Source: Desulfobulbaceae bacterium (GTDB lineage Bacteria > Desulfobacterota > Desulfobulbia > Desulfobulbales > SURF-16). Taken from it: 64,000 nucleotides of DNA. Shown here piece after piece: positions 19,764 through 29,336 of the stretch. The notes beneath the pieces were generated by a model. The model was not told the origin of the DNA. It made no database searches and saw nothing but the letters and a program-made list of their open reading frames with translations. Made by a program: the position numbers and the translations under genes. Location: the NCBI GenBank assembly GCA_023230525.1, contig JALNXE010000003.1, forward strand, positions 7,037-71,036, written 5' to 3'. Every line of letters begins with the position of its first letter. The stretch's first letter is position 1.

Positions 19764-20038
19764 CTATGCACTCCCTCAGTGGGTAAAATTGAATATTTTT
19801 GTAATGAGGAACAGGGCTATATACAAGCATGAAATTACGGCAATGGGATTACGTAGAGGAAAACTTTCAAAAAGAATATCTTCAACAATTGCGAGATATG
19901 TTTTGATCGCTCATGCTACTTAAAACCTTAACTTTGATACCTTAGCAAACAAAAAAAATGTTAGCAAGCAAAATGCTTTCCCGCCATAATTTATAGGAGT
20001 GGTGCTTGTTTATGTTAGGCGGGGCGGGGAAAAAAAAC

Positions 20039-20068
20039 TTGACAGTCATTAATCATTAAGATTATAAG
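20039..20068 (+). promoter_or_regulatory. Sigma-70 promoter for tRNA-Ala
   Basis: TTGACA (20039-20044), a 17-18-nt spacer, then TTATAA/TATAAG. It lies about 25 nt upstream of the tRNA 5' end. Confidence 0.55.
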
Positions 20069-20093
20069 TGGTCGAAAATTTCGACCGCTGTGT

Positions 20094-20169
<76 letters not shown>

Positions 20170-20304
20170 AGATTTGTTGAGTCACTTCTGATGAGGGAGT
20201 CGCAAAATACATAATATTCATTGATGCGGGACGAACCGCCGGATAACAAGTTGTAAGGATCTTTAATCGGGGAGGGCCTAGAAGTTTTTCCTTATATTAA
20301 AGAT

Positions 20305-20359
20305 AGCCTCTGTCGGTACTCAAGAATTGGCCTTCTTTTACACCGCAGAGGCTTTTTTG
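20305..20359 (+). terminator. Long-stem rho-independent terminator downstream of tRNA-Ala
   Basis: AGCCTCTG(T)CGGT ... ACCGCAGAGGCT (12 bp with one bulge) is followed by TTTTTTGTTT. Confidence 0.55.
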
Positions 20360-20405
20360 TTTATTGTGATGTTAAATCGGCAACCTATCCTTACGGAGTT
20401 TTCCC

Positions 20406-20597
20406 ATGTCATCAGGCAAAAATCAGGGTGACGAGCACGACAAGGCGGTGTTCAAGTCGATAACCGATGAGGCGATTCTCAAGGTCACCAAGGAAATAGT
20501 CGTTAAGTTCATCGAGTGCGGCCGGCTTTCCCCTGCAAATTTTGACGAGACTTTTGAGCAGGTTTATAAGAAGGTTGTGAGCACGGTCCGGACATGA
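20406..20597 (+). CDS. Hypothetical 63-aa protein, translationally coupled to mpl
   Basis: Its stop overlaps the mpl start (ATGA at 20594-20597). Weak RBS ACGGAG. I recognise no family. Confidence 0.4.
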   Translation: MSSGKNQGDEHDKAVFKSITDEAILKVTKEIVVKFIECGRLSPANFDETFEQVYKKVVSTVRT

Positions 20598-22066
20598 CGC
20601 ATCCTGAAGAGGTGGCAATGCTTGATGCCTCTCTCAATATTTTTCCTGACTCCCCTCGACATATTCACCTCATGGGGGTGTGTGGCACTGGTATGGCCGC
20701 CATGGCGGGTATGCTGAAGAATCAGGGCTACAACGTCTCCGGTTCAGACAGCCATGTTTATCCACCCATGAGTGATTTTCTGGCCCGTACCGGCATTCCA
20801 ATTCTTGAGGGGTACAGGGCAGAAAATCTCGATCCCCGCCCTGATCTGGTTGTCGTCGGCAATGTGATTACCCGTAAAAATCCTGAAGCGATTGCCCTGG
20901 CAAAACTCCGCATTCCCTATCTGTCCTTTCCCCAGCTGCTCAGCTATAAGTTTCTCGCCGCTAAAAAATCTCTGGTAGTTGCCGGCACCCATGGCAAAAC
21001 CACCACGTCCTCCATGCTGGCTACCATGCTTTATGGCGCCGGATTTGAGCCGGGCTTTATGATCGGCGGCATTGTCCAGGCCTTTGGCCGCAATTTCCGC
21101 GTTGGGGATGGCCCCTACTTTGTGGTTGAGGGTGATGAATACGATACGGCCTTTTTTGACAAGGGCCCGAAATTTCTTCATTACCGCCCCTGGATCGCCA
21201 TTATTACCAGTATTGAATTTGATCATGCCGACATTTATGCGGATCTTGCGGCGGTAAAAAACTCTTTCCGCAGATTGATTGCCATGATGCCGGCAGATGG
21301 CTGCCTGGTGGCCCATCTTGATGATCCGGTGGTGCGGGAGCTTGTTGCCGAAGCTCCCTGCCCTGTGGTGGGCTACGGCCAGCTGTCTGCCAATGACTGG
21401 TGTCTGGCGCAGGTCAGTTGTTCCAGGAGCGGGAGCTCGTTTGTGGCCCTGCACCACGGCAAGCCCTTTGGCTCGTTCACCACGGTCATGCCCGGCAGGC
21501 ACAACTGCTTGAACGGCCTGGCCGTTATAGCGGTGCTGGAACGGCTGGGGCTGGCCCCTGATGTCATCTCCCGTGAGCTGCAGCTCTTTAAGGGCGTAAG
21601 GCGGCGCCAGGAGGTGCGTGGGGTAGTCGGGGGGGTGACCGTCATCGATGATTTCGCCCATCACCCGACGGCGGTGCGGGAGACACTCGCCGCCCTCAGG
21701 GCCGCCTATGAGGGGCAGCGCCTGCTGGCAGTATTTGAGCCGCGCACCAATTCCAGCAGGAGGCGGGTTTTTCAGCAGGATTATCTGGGCGTCTTTGATG
21801 CTGCCGATGTGGTGGTGGTCAAGGAGCCGGATATTCTGGCAACAGTTCCGGAAGAGCAGCGCTTTTCCGCCAAAGAACTGGTCGCCGGCCTGCAGGAGAG
21901 GGGGGTGGACGGCTATTACTTTCCCAACACCGACCTGATTCTCGATTACCTTTCAGATATCATCCATCCGGACGATGTCGTGGCCATATTGTCCAATGGC
22001 GGATTTGACAATATTCATATGCGCCTGTTGCACAGGCTTGCGCAGCTTTTTCCCCCGAACAAATAA
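20594..22066 (+). CDS. mpl: UDP-N-acetylmuramate:L-alanyl-gamma-D-glutamyl-meso-diaminopimelate ligase
   Basis: HLMGVCGTGMAAMAGML, GTHGKTTTSSM, DDFAHHPTA. This is a Mur-ligase fold with an Mpl-type N-terminus. Confidence 0.85.
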   Translation: MTHPEEVAMLDASLNIFPDSPRHIHLMGVCGTGMAAMAGMLKNQGYNVSGSDSHVYPPMSDFLARTGIPILEGYRAENLDPRPDLVVVGNVITRKNPEAIALAKLRIPYLSFPQLLSYKFLAAKKSLVVAGTHGKTTTSSMLATMLYGAGFEPGFMIGGIVQAFGRNFRVGDGPYFVVEGDEYDTAFFDKGPKFLHYRPWIAIITSIEFDHADIYADLAAVKNSFRRLIAMMPADGCLVAHLDDPVVRELVAEAPCPVVGYGQLSANDWCLAQVSCSRSGSSFVALHHGKPFGSFTTVMPGRHNCLNGLAVIAVLERLGLAPDVISRELQLFKGVRRRQEVRGVVGGVTVIDDFAHHPTAVRETLAALRAAYEGQRLLAVFEPRTNSSRRRVFQQDYLGVFDAADVVVVKEPDILATVPEEQRFSAKELVAGLQERGVDGYYFPNTDLILDYLSDIIHPDDVVAILSNGGFDNIHMRLLHRLAQLFPPNK

Positions 22067-22218
22067 AAAAAGCCCTAACCCCGTATTACTACGGACTTAT
22101 GGATCGAGTTCGCGCAGAATTTATTTTGCGCATATGCACAAAATTATCCGTGGGTGCCTGTTGTAAATTATTCCATGAGATTAATAACATATCTTATCAG
22201 TTGCGATGAGATGTGCAC

Positions 22219-22259
22219 CAATGAATAGTTATTCATAATTGTGTGAATAGCCATTCATT
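22219..22259 (+). promoter_or_regulatory. Two adjacent palindromic operators resembling Rex boxes
   Basis: CAATGAATAGTTATTCATAA and TGTGAATAGCCATTCATT compare with the Rex consensus TTGTGAA-N6-TTCACAA. They abut the -35 element of the nuo promoter. Confidence 0.3.
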
Positions 22260-22265
22260 TTTTGC

Positions 22266-22294
22266 TTGACATAGAAAAACCTATGGGATAATAA
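22266..22294 (+). promoter_or_regulatory. Sigma-70 promoter of the nuo operon
   Basis: TTGACA, a 17-nt spacer, then TAATAA. It lies about 160 nt upstream of the nuoA start. Confidence 0.5.
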
Positions 22295-22455
22295 CGCGTG
22301 AAAGTGTGCATTTTTATTACGCAATGCACGGATATGGGTTGACATTCTGAGGTCACACAAACAATTTTTTAAGGTGCAGATCAGTTGGAACTGAAATGCG
22401 CTTTATCGTCCTTCCCGTTAGTCAATTGACGCCGGATGGGCAAAGGAGCTGAAAC

Positions 22456-22857
22456 GTGGAACAACAAGCTCTCCTTGATCTTCTCTATATTGCCGCTTTT
22501 ACACTTTGCGGTCTCGCCTTTGGCTTCGGCCCCCTTCTCATTGTTTATCTCTTTTCACCGCGAGGAACCAGGCAAATAGTCAACAAGACAAGGATCCCCA
22601 TCGAGTGCGGTATGTTGACCATTGGTCCTGCCTGGATTCGCTATGGAATTCTTTATTATCTTTATGCCTTGATGTTTCTGGCCTTTGATGTTGATGTACT
22701 GTTTCTTTTCCCGGTGGCCGCTGTTTATAACGAATTTCCGGGTTTTCGGGGCTTTGTCGAGGTCGTTTTATTTGTCGCGATTCTTTCGCTGGCGATTGTT
22801 TATGCATGGAAAAAGGGAGTGTTCAAGTGGGAACGGAAAGTATACCAACAGCAGTAG
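22456..22857 (+). CDS. nuoA: Complex I subunit A
   Basis: GTG start with RBS AAGGAG. 133 aa with 3 TM helices. Contains the YECG-type motif IECGM. Confidence 0.85.
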   Translation: MEQQALLDLLYIAAFTLCGLAFGFGPLLIVYLFSPRGTRQIVNKTRIPIECGMLTIGPAWIRYGILYYLYALMFLAFDVDVLFLFPVAAVYNEFPGFRGFVEVVLFVAILSLAIVYAWKKGVFKWERKVYQQQ

Positions 22858-23363
22858 AGAGTGTTATCCCCCCGGCATTACTGCAGTTTCATCAATTAGA
22901 TAAACTGCGCATGCTGGCCAGGGCAAACTCATTATGGCCCATGACCTTCGGCTTGGCCTGCTGCGCCATCGAAATGCTGTCAAGCGGTTGTGCCCGTTTT
23001 GACCTGTCGCGTTTCGGGGCGGAGGTTTTCCGGCCGTCACCACGCCAAAGTGATGTGATGATCGTTGCCGGGACAATCAATAAAAAGATGTTGCCCGCCG
23101 TTAAAATTCTCTATGACCAGATGCCGGAACCCAAATGGGTTATTGCCATGGGAAACTGTGCAATTTCCGGTGGTCCTTTTGCCTATCCGGGCCAATATAA
23201 TGTAGTTGAAGGGGCGGATACCTTTCTGCCGGTTGATGTCTATATTCCCGGCTGTCCCCCGCGTCCCGAGGCCCTCATTGAGGGATTGCTGGAACTTGAG
23301 GAAAAGATTACCGGTAATCGGCGCTGGCCGCGGGTTAAACCGGAAACAATGGTCAAGGGTTAA
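22806..23363 (+). CDS. nuoB: Complex I subunit B (N2 cluster)
   Basis: [38 protein letters not shown]. The start is uncertain; the ORF overlaps the nuoA 3' end. Confidence 0.9.
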   Translation: MEKGSVQVGTESIPTAVESVIPPALLQFHQLDKLRMLARANSLWPMTFGLACCAIEMLSSGCARFDLSRFGAEVFRPSPRQSDVMIVAGTINKKMLPAVKILYDQMPEPKWVIAMGNCAISGGPFAYPGQYNVVEGADTFLPVDVYIPGCPPRPEALIEGLLELEEKITGNRRWPRVKPETMVKG

Positions 23364-23444
23364 GCCAGACCGGCATTTACCACTCACAAGTCTGTTTTTT
23401 TATTGTTACAGCCGATTTTGTGAGTCCACCTTCATGGTAACGTT

Positions 23445-24005
23445 ATGGATCGAGCTAAAATAAAAAGAGAACTGGAAAATTTGGCTGCTGCAGGTCTTCC
23501 TGCTGAGCCACCGCAGGAAAAGGCGCCGGTGGAAGTCCAAGCTGAAGGAGCGGGTGAGGACAAGGCAAAGGCCAAGGCCAAGAAAGAAGAGGATGTCCCG
23601 CGCAAAAACGGCCTGATCGAAACGGAATATGCTAAACGTGGCACTCATCTTGATGTCCAGATCAACCCGGATCAGGTGGTCAAAGCGGCAGAAATTCTTG
23701 ATGGCGAAGGAATGACCCTGGAGATGGTGACCGGCGTTGACTGGCTCAAGGAAAAGCAGTTCGAGGTCATCTATGATTATTCCTATTCCGGCGGTCAGTT
23801 GTTCCGAGTGGTGGTGCGAGCCAGGGTTGACCGGGACCATCCGGACATTCCCACTGTTTGCCGTGTGTACGGCGGCGCGAACTGGCATGAGCGGGAAACC
23901 TGGGAAATGCTGGGCATCAATTTTGTCGGCCATCCGCAGCTTGAACACTTCCTGCTGCCGGAAGATGCTGATTTCTATCCATTACGTAAGGATTTCAAGC
24001 CATGA
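23445..24005 (+). CDS. nuoC: Complex I subunit C with a roughly 50-aa K/A/E-rich N-terminal extension
   Basis: NWHERETWEMLGINFVGHP. The N-terminus contains EKAPVEVQAEGAGEDKAKAKAKKEED. Confidence 0.85.
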   Translation: MDRAKIKRELENLAAAGLPAEPPQEKAPVEVQAEGAGEDKAKAKAKKEEDVPRKNGLIETEYAKRGTHLDVQINPDQVVKAAEILDGEGMTLEMVTGVDWLKEKQFEVIYDYSYSGGQLFRVVVRARVDRDHPDIPTVCRVYGGANWHERETWEMLGINFVGHPQLEHFLLPEDADFYPLRKDFKP

Positions 24006-25120
24006 GTTCATTAGCCCAAAGCCAGTTGCGTGAGACCTTTGAGCTGAATATAGGTCCACAGCATCCTGCCACCCACGGCGTACTGCGCATCAAGGTCGTC
24101 ATGGATGGTGAATATATCGATCGGGCCGAGCCAATCCTTGGCTATATTCACCGCATGCATGAGAAGATGGGTGAAAATAGAACCTGGAACCAATTCTGGC
24201 CCAATATGGGCCGTCTCGATTATCTGTCCGCCATGGCCTACAACCATTGCTATGCCGGTCTTGTCGAGCGGGCCATGGAGATTGTGGTGCCAGAGCGGGC
24301 CGAGTACATTCGCGTCATTACCGCGGAATTGAACCGAATCCAAAGCCATCTTCTGGGCTTCGGGGCCTATATCATGGATCTCGGCGGATTTACCCCGCTG
24401 ATGTACGCCATGGATGAGCGCGAGCAGATCCTTGACCTGCTGGAGTCGGTCACCGGCTCCCGCCTCACCTACTGTTATTTCCGCTTTGGTGGTGTTTATA
24501 ACGATATCGATGACGACTTCATCACCGGAACACGGGCCTTCATCAAGCGGTTTCGTCCGCAGATACCCATGTATCATAAACTGGTTACCGGCAACGCCAT
24601 CCTGATGGACCGACTTATTGGTGTCGGCCCTGTTTCCGCTGACATGTGCCGGAAATACGGGGCAACCGGACCGGTTCTGCGGGGCTCAGGCGTAAATTAT
24701 GATATTCGCAGAAATGAACCTTACAGCGTCTACCCAGAATTGGATTTTGATATCCCGGTGTATAAAGAATGCGATTCCATGGCCCGCTACATGGTGAGAA
24801 TGGATGAGATGGTGCAGTCCTGCCGGATCATCGAACAAGCCTTGAATAAACTGCCGGAAGGACCGGTGATGGCCGAGAAGGTTCCCAAGGCCCTGAAACC
24901 GCCCAAAGGCGATTTCCATTATGCGGTAGAAGCTGCCCGCGGCACATTTTCCATGAGGGCAGTCAGTGATGGCACCAATACCGCTTACCGCATGCGGTTG
25001 CGGTCACCGACCTATTCCAATGTCAGTCTGTTCGAGGAGGCAAGCCGCGGTATGCTGCTGTCCGACGCCCTGGCGTTTTTGGGAAGCCTTGATCCCGTTA
25101 TACCCGAGATGGACCGGTAA
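24002..25120 (+). CDS. nuoD: Complex I subunit D
   Basis: NIGPQHPATHGVLRI, GYIHRMHEKMGE. ATGA overlap with nuoC. Confidence 0.9.
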   Translation: MSSLAQSQLRETFELNIGPQHPATHGVLRIKVVMDGEYIDRAEPILGYIHRMHEKMGENRTWNQFWPNMGRLDYLSAMAYNHCYAGLVERAMEIVVPERAEYIRVITAELNRIQSHLLGFGAYIMDLGGFTPLMYAMDEREQILDLLESVTGSRLTYCYFRFGGVYNDIDDDFITGTRAFIKRFRPQIPMYHKLVTGNAILMDRLIGVGPVSADMCRKYGATGPVLRGSGVNYDIRRNEPYSVYPELDFDIPVYKECDSMARYMVRMDEMVQSCRIIEQALNKLPEGPVMAEKVPKALKPPKGDFHYAVEAARGTFSMRAVSDGTNTAYRMRLRSPTYSNVSLFEEASRGMLLSDALAFLGSLDPVIPEMDR

Positions 25121-25132
25121 GGAGCAAGCACG

Positions 25133-26116
25133 ATGAATGAACTAATAAGATTACTCGCTTACATGCTGGGCCTGGCTGCCTTTCTTGGTCTGAATCTTGC
25201 CTATCTTGGCTGGGTTGAAAGGAAGGGTGCCGGTCATTTTCAGCGGCGGACCGGGCCCAAGGATGTTGGCCCCTATGGTCTGCTGCAGCCCCTTGCCGAC
25301 GGTCTCAAGCTGATGTCCAAGCAGCTGGTGGTTCCGGCCAATGCGGACCGAGCACTCTATATGTGTGCCCCGATTCTCATCATGGTTCCCGCCGTCCTGC
25401 TGTTTGTGGCGATCCCCTTCGGTGAGCATCTGGTGCCCCGTGAATTTAATTTCGGCTTGCTCATGATGTTCGCCTTTGCCTCGGTGGGTGGGTTGTCTAT
25501 CCTGATCGGCGGCTGGGGTTCCGGAAACAAATATTCACTCATCGCCGGCGCCAGGGCGGTTTCCCAGAATGTTGCTTACGAAATACCCATGCTGATCACG
25601 GCCATCAATATCGTGATGATCACCGGATCCATGGATCTGAACGAAATTGTCCGCCAGCAGGGTGCCTATATCTGGAACTGGAATATATTCCGGCTGGATA
25701 AATCCTTGCTGATGCCCATTTCCTTCCTGGTTTTCTTTATCTGTTCCCTGGCGGAAACCAATCGTACCCCCTTTGATATGGGAGAGTGCGAAGGCGAGCT
25801 GGTTGCCGGTTATCATACTGAATACGGCGGCATGGGTTTCGGTCTTTTCATGATGGCTGAGTATGCCAACCTTGTTATCGGCTGCAGTCTCACCACCATC
25901 CTCTTTCTCGGGGGGTGGCAGTCGCCCATAGGAATATTCCCCGGACCGCACTGGTTTCTGCTCAAGATGTATTTTCTCATCTGGTGTTTTGTCTGGATTC
26001 GCTGGACCTATCCTCGTACGACATTCTGGGGATTGCTCAATCTTTCCTGGAAATATCTCATACCGTTTTCATTGGTTAACTTGTTGCTAACAGCCTTATT
26101 TATAAAGGTATTTTGA
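25133..26116 (+). CDS. nuoH: Complex I subunit H
   Basis: GWGSGNKYSLIAGARA, AETNRTPFDMGECEGELVAGYHTEYGG. It starts 12 nt after the nuoD stop, so there is no room for nuoEFG. Confidence 0.9.
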   Translation: MNELIRLLAYMLGLAAFLGLNLAYLGWVERKGAGHFQRRTGPKDVGPYGLLQPLADGLKLMSKQLVVPANADRALYMCAPILIMVPAVLLFVAIPFGEHLVPREFNFGLLMMFAFASVGGLSILIGGWGSGNKYSLIAGARAVSQNVAYEIPMLITAINIVMITGSMDLNEIVRQQGAYIWNWNIFRLDKSLLMPISFLVFFICSLAETNRTPFDMGECEGELVAGYHTEYGGMGFGLFMMAEYANLVIGCSLTTILFLGGWQSPIGIFPGPHWFLLKMYFLIWCFVWIRWTYPRTTFWGLLNLSWKYLIPFSLVNLLLTALFIKVF

Positions 26117-26724
26117 TTATGTCCGGATACTTTAAAGATATCATCACAGGATTGAAGAGTCTCGCCGTCGGGCTGCAGATTACCAATAAAGAGTTTCTGA
26201 CGAAACCCATCACTCTCCTGTATCCCCATGAGTCGGTAAAAATGTACCCCCGTTATCGGGGCCACATCGAACTGGTCAAGGATCCCGAGACCGGCAGGAA
26301 TCGCTGCATTTGCTGCGGTATGTGTGAGAAGGGCTGCCCTTCCGGCTGTATTACCGTGAAATCCGAAAAACGGCCGGGGGTAAAGGGCAAGGTCTTGACT
26401 GCCTATATCCTTAATTTTACGACCTGCAGCCTGTGCGGGCAGTGTGTTGAGAACTGTAAGCCAGAGGCCATCAAGTTTTCCAATGAATACAACTTGGCCA
26501 GCACCAGGCGGGAGGATTACATTTTTGATCTGCTGCAAAAGCTTCATCCGGAAGGTGTGCCGGAACCCGAGGTTGATCCTGAATTATTGAAGAAAGAACA
26601 AGAAAAAGAAGAAGCTGCAAAGAAAGCTGCTGCAGAAAAGAAAGCTGCTGCGGCAAAGAAAGAAGCCGCCCCGAAAGCACCTGCTAAGGAAGGCGGGGAA
26701 TCAAAAGCAGAGGAAAAAAGCTGA
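26113..26724 (+). CDS. nuoI: Complex I subunit I (2x[4Fe-4S]) with a K/A/E-rich C-terminal tail
   Basis: CICCGMCEKGCP and CSLCGQCVENCK. The tail is KKEQEKEEAAKKAAAEKKAAAAKKEAAPKAPAKEGGESKAEEKS. Confidence 0.9.
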   Translation: MIMSGYFKDIITGLKSLAVGLQITNKEFLTKPITLLYPHESVKMYPRYRGHIELVKDPETGRNRCICCGMCEKGCPSGCITVKSEKRPGVKGKVLTAYILNFTTCSLCGQCVENCKPEAIKFSNEYNLASTRREDYIFDLLQKLHPEGVPEPEVDPELLKKEQEKEEAAKKAAAEKKAAAAKKEAAPKAPAKEGGESKAEEKS

Positions 26725-27254
26725 TGAATCCTTCACTCTTTTCACCCGAAGGTTTAGCCGGAGTTATTTTCCTGATCCTAATTTGCGTCACAATGATCGG
26801 GGCGATAATTGCAACGTGTACAAAAAGATTGATCAGAAGCGTCAGCGGACTTGCAGTGTGCTTCGTGGGAGTTGCCGGGCTTTATTATTTCCTGAGCAGT
26901 CCTTTTGTCGCCATGATGGAGCTCCTCATTTATGTAGGCGCGGTTTGTGTCACCATTGCCTTTGCCATCATGCTTGCCGAGCCGGATGAGGCCAAAATGG
27001 CCAGAAAGTTGAGCGGATTAAGCGGCGGGCTTGCCGCGGTTTGTGGCGGTGCCGTTTCATTTGCCCTTGGTTATGCAGCTGTCAACGGCCACTGGATGGC
27101 CCCTGCAGTCCAAGCCAATGACGGCTCTTTAAAGATGATAGGCCAATCCCTGCTGACCAAGTACAGCATGGTTTTTGAACTCATCTCCATTGTACTTCTG
27201 GTTGCCATCATTGGCTCCGTGGCTCTTGCCCGTGCCGGAAGGAGGGGTAATTAA
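26724..27254 (+). CDS. nuoJ: Complex I subunit J
   Basis: 176 aa, about 5 TM helices, in the position between nuoI and nuoK. Contains MELLIYVGAV. Confidence 0.8.
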   Translation: MNPSLFSPEGLAGVIFLILICVTMIGAIIATCTKRLIRSVSGLAVCFVGVAGLYYFLSSPFVAMMELLIYVGAVCVTIAFAIMLAEPDEAKMARKLSGLSGGLAAVCGGAVSFALGYAAVNGHWMAPAVQANDGSLKMIGQSLLTKYSMVFELISIVLLVAIIGSVALARAGRRGN

Positions 27255-27256
27255 GG

Positions 27257-27577
27257 ATGTTAACTCTCAGCACACAACTCAATACGTATCTTGTCATCGG
27301 CGCAGTACTTTTTGGCTTCGGCATTTTCGGTCTGGTACGTAGGCCAAGTCTCATCGGAATGTTGATAGCCGTGGAGCTCGTTTTAAGCGGCGCCTCCATC
27401 AACTTTATGGCCTTTAACCGTTTTCTTGCTCCTGATCCCACGGTGGGGCAAATCATAACCTTGTTTATCATGGCCATAGCCGCTGCCGAGGCAGCCATAT
27501 CGTTGAGCATAGTTATCGCTGTTTATCGGAATTACAAGTCCATTGAAGTTGAAGACCTGGTAGAACTTAAAGGATAG
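27257..27577 (+). CDS. nuoK: Complex I subunit K
   Basis: 106 aa, 3 TM helices. Conserved Glu-containing helices (IAVELVLSG, AAAEAAI). Confidence 0.85.
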   Translation: MLTLSTQLNTYLVIGAVLFGFGIFGLVRRPSLIGMLIAVELVLSGASINFMAFNRFLAPDPTVGQIITLFIMAIAAAEAAISLSIVIAVYRNYKSIEVEDLVELKG

Positions 27578-27591
27578 CATTGAGGATTATC

Positions 27592-29091
27592 ATGGAAACC
27601 GTCAGCGCCGCCACCGGCGATATCGTAACCACAAGTAGATTAGTATGGGCTTTGCTTGTCCCATTGTTTGGCTCTTTCCTTGTATCATTGTCAGGGAAAA
27701 AGCCGAATGTGAGGGAGAGCTTCTCTATCGTATCTGCCGTTATACTTTTTTCAATGGTCTTATCAATGGTGTCCCCGGTTCTTGCCGGGAAAACCTTTTA
27801 TTATCAGCTTTTTAAAATACTGCCTGGGGTCACGGTCACCCTGCGGGCTGACGCCTTTTCCATGATTTTCGCGCTGGTCGCCTCTTCACTGTGGGTTGCT
27901 GCCGCGTTCTATTCCATGGGCTATATGCGGGGACTGCATGAACATGCACAAACCCGCTTCAACACCTGTTTTGCCATAGCGATATTCGGTGCCATAGGCG
28001 TTGCCTTTTCTGACAATCTCTTCACCATGTATCTCTTCTATGAGATCGTCAGTGTCTGCACCTACCCGCTGGTTGCCCATCATCAGGATGAAGAGGGCTA
28101 TGAGGGTGCCAAGAAATATATCGTTTATCTGACCACGACGGCTAAAGCCTTTCTGCTGCCCTCCCTGGCGCTGATCTATGTAATGACCGGCTCGCTTGAT
28201 TTCCCCTATAACATTCATACCGGCATGTTTCCGGCTGATGCCAACTCAGCCTTGGTGACCATGCTGTTTATTTTCTGCCTCTTCGGTTTTGCCAAGAACG
28301 GCGTGATGCCGTTCCATCACTGGCTGCCGGGCGCAATGGTTGCGCCTACCCCGGTCAGTGCCCTCCTCCATGCCGTGGCCGTTGTCAAGGTTGGTGTCTT
28401 CTGCACCACCCGGATGATGCTGTATGGTTTTGGGGTGGATCTGATGAGTCTGCTGAACCTGGGAATACCCACTGCCTATTTTGTCGGTTTCACCATCGTC
28501 ATGGCATCCGTCCTCGCATTGACCAAAGACAATCTGAAAGCCCGGCTGGCCTATTCCACCGTCAGCCAGCTTTCTTATATCATTCTTGGGGTGTGTCTGC
28601 TCACTCCTCATGGCATTACCGGCGGACTTATTCATATTGCCAACCACGCCTTTTCCAAGATCACCCTCTTCTTCTGTGCCGGTGCCATCTATGTCGCCAC
28701 CCATAAAAAGAATATTTCCGAAATGGGCGGGCTGGCCAGGACCATGCCCTTTACCTTCGGCGCCTTTGCCGTGGCAACTCTCAGTATGATCGGTGCCCCG
28801 CCGGTTGCAGGCTTTGTTACCAAATGGGAGCTGCTGATCGGCACCATCGAGTCAGGATCATTCGGGATTATTCTTATACTGCTTGCCAGTACGCTGCTCA
28901 ACGTCGGTTATTTTGCCCCGGTTACCTATAAGGCCTTTTTCGGTAAACGACCGGCAGGAGAGGTATATGAGGGGATCAAAGAGGCGCCCCTGAGTATGGT
29001 CATCCCGCTCTGTACGGCGTCTCTTATTTCAGTCATTATTGGTATCTATCCGAATTTTTTCATGAATCTTGTTAAGGCGGTGATAGGATGA
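27592..29091 (+). CDS. Additional antiporter-like subunit (NuoL/MrpA/MrpD family) lacking a lateral-helix C-terminus
   Basis: MYLFYEIVS (TM5 Glu), FHHWLPGAMVAPTPVSALLHAVAVVKVGVF, IANHAFSKITLF. About 499 aa. RBS GAGGA lies before the ATG at 27592; the track ORF starts at a TTG at 27580. Confidence 0.8.
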   Translation: METVSAATGDIVTTSRLVWALLVPLFGSFLVSLSGKKPNVRESFSIVSAVILFSMVLSMVSPVLAGKTFYYQLFKILPGVTVTLRADAFSMIFALVASSLWVAAAFYSMGYMRGLHEHAQTRFNTCFAIAIFGAIGVAFSDNLFTMYLFYEIVSVCTYPLVAHHQDEEGYEGAKKYIVYLTTTAKAFLLPSLALIYVMTGSLDFPYNIHTGMFPADANSALVTMLFIFCLFGFAKNGVMPFHHWLPGAMVAPTPVSALLHAVAVVKVGVFCTTRMMLYGFGVDLMSLLNLGIPTAYFVGFTIVMASVLALTKDNLKARLAYSTVSQLSYIILGVCLLTPHGITGGLIHIANHAFSKITLFFCAGAIYVATHKKNISEMGGLARTMPFTFGAFAVATLSMIGAPPVAGFVTKWELLIGTIESGSFGIILILLASTLLNVGYFAPVTYKAFFGKRPAGEVYEGIKEAPLSMVIPLCTASLISVIIGIYPNFFMNLVKAVIG

Positions 29092-29336
29092 TTAGCTTGA
29101 TTGAATTCTTCCGCGAACGCCTGAAGATCGTTATTGTTGCCTGTCTGGTATTGATAGGCGTGATAGCTCTTTGGGGATCATTTATGATCGATTTGAGCCA
29201 TGCTCATACGAAAATGGAAAAAATTCCTTTTTTCTGGAGTTTCTTTGGACTGATCGGTGGCGCATTGCTCATTCTCGTGTCCAGGTTTTTTGGACGTCTG
29301 GGAATCATGACCCGTGAGGATTATTACGATGAATAA
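29088..29336 (+). CDS. 82-aa two-helix membrane protein of unknown family embedded in the nuo operon
   Basis: ATGA overlap with the upstream gene and an 8-nt overlap with the downstream gene. Hydrophobic segments are IVIVACLVLIGVIALWGSF and FFWSFFGLIGGALLILV. Confidence 0.6.
   Translation: MISLIEFFRERLKIVIVACLVLIGVIALWGSFMIDLSHAHTKMEKIPFFWSFFGLIGGALLILVSRFFGRLGIMTREDYYDE

Noticed and set aside
20188-20195. CTGATGAG, the hammerhead-ribozyme core motif, in the tRNA-Ala trailer.
   Set aside because: There is no properly placed GAAA/CGAAAC element and no helices I-III around it. An 8-mer like this is expected by chance once or twice in 128 kb of two-strand sequence.
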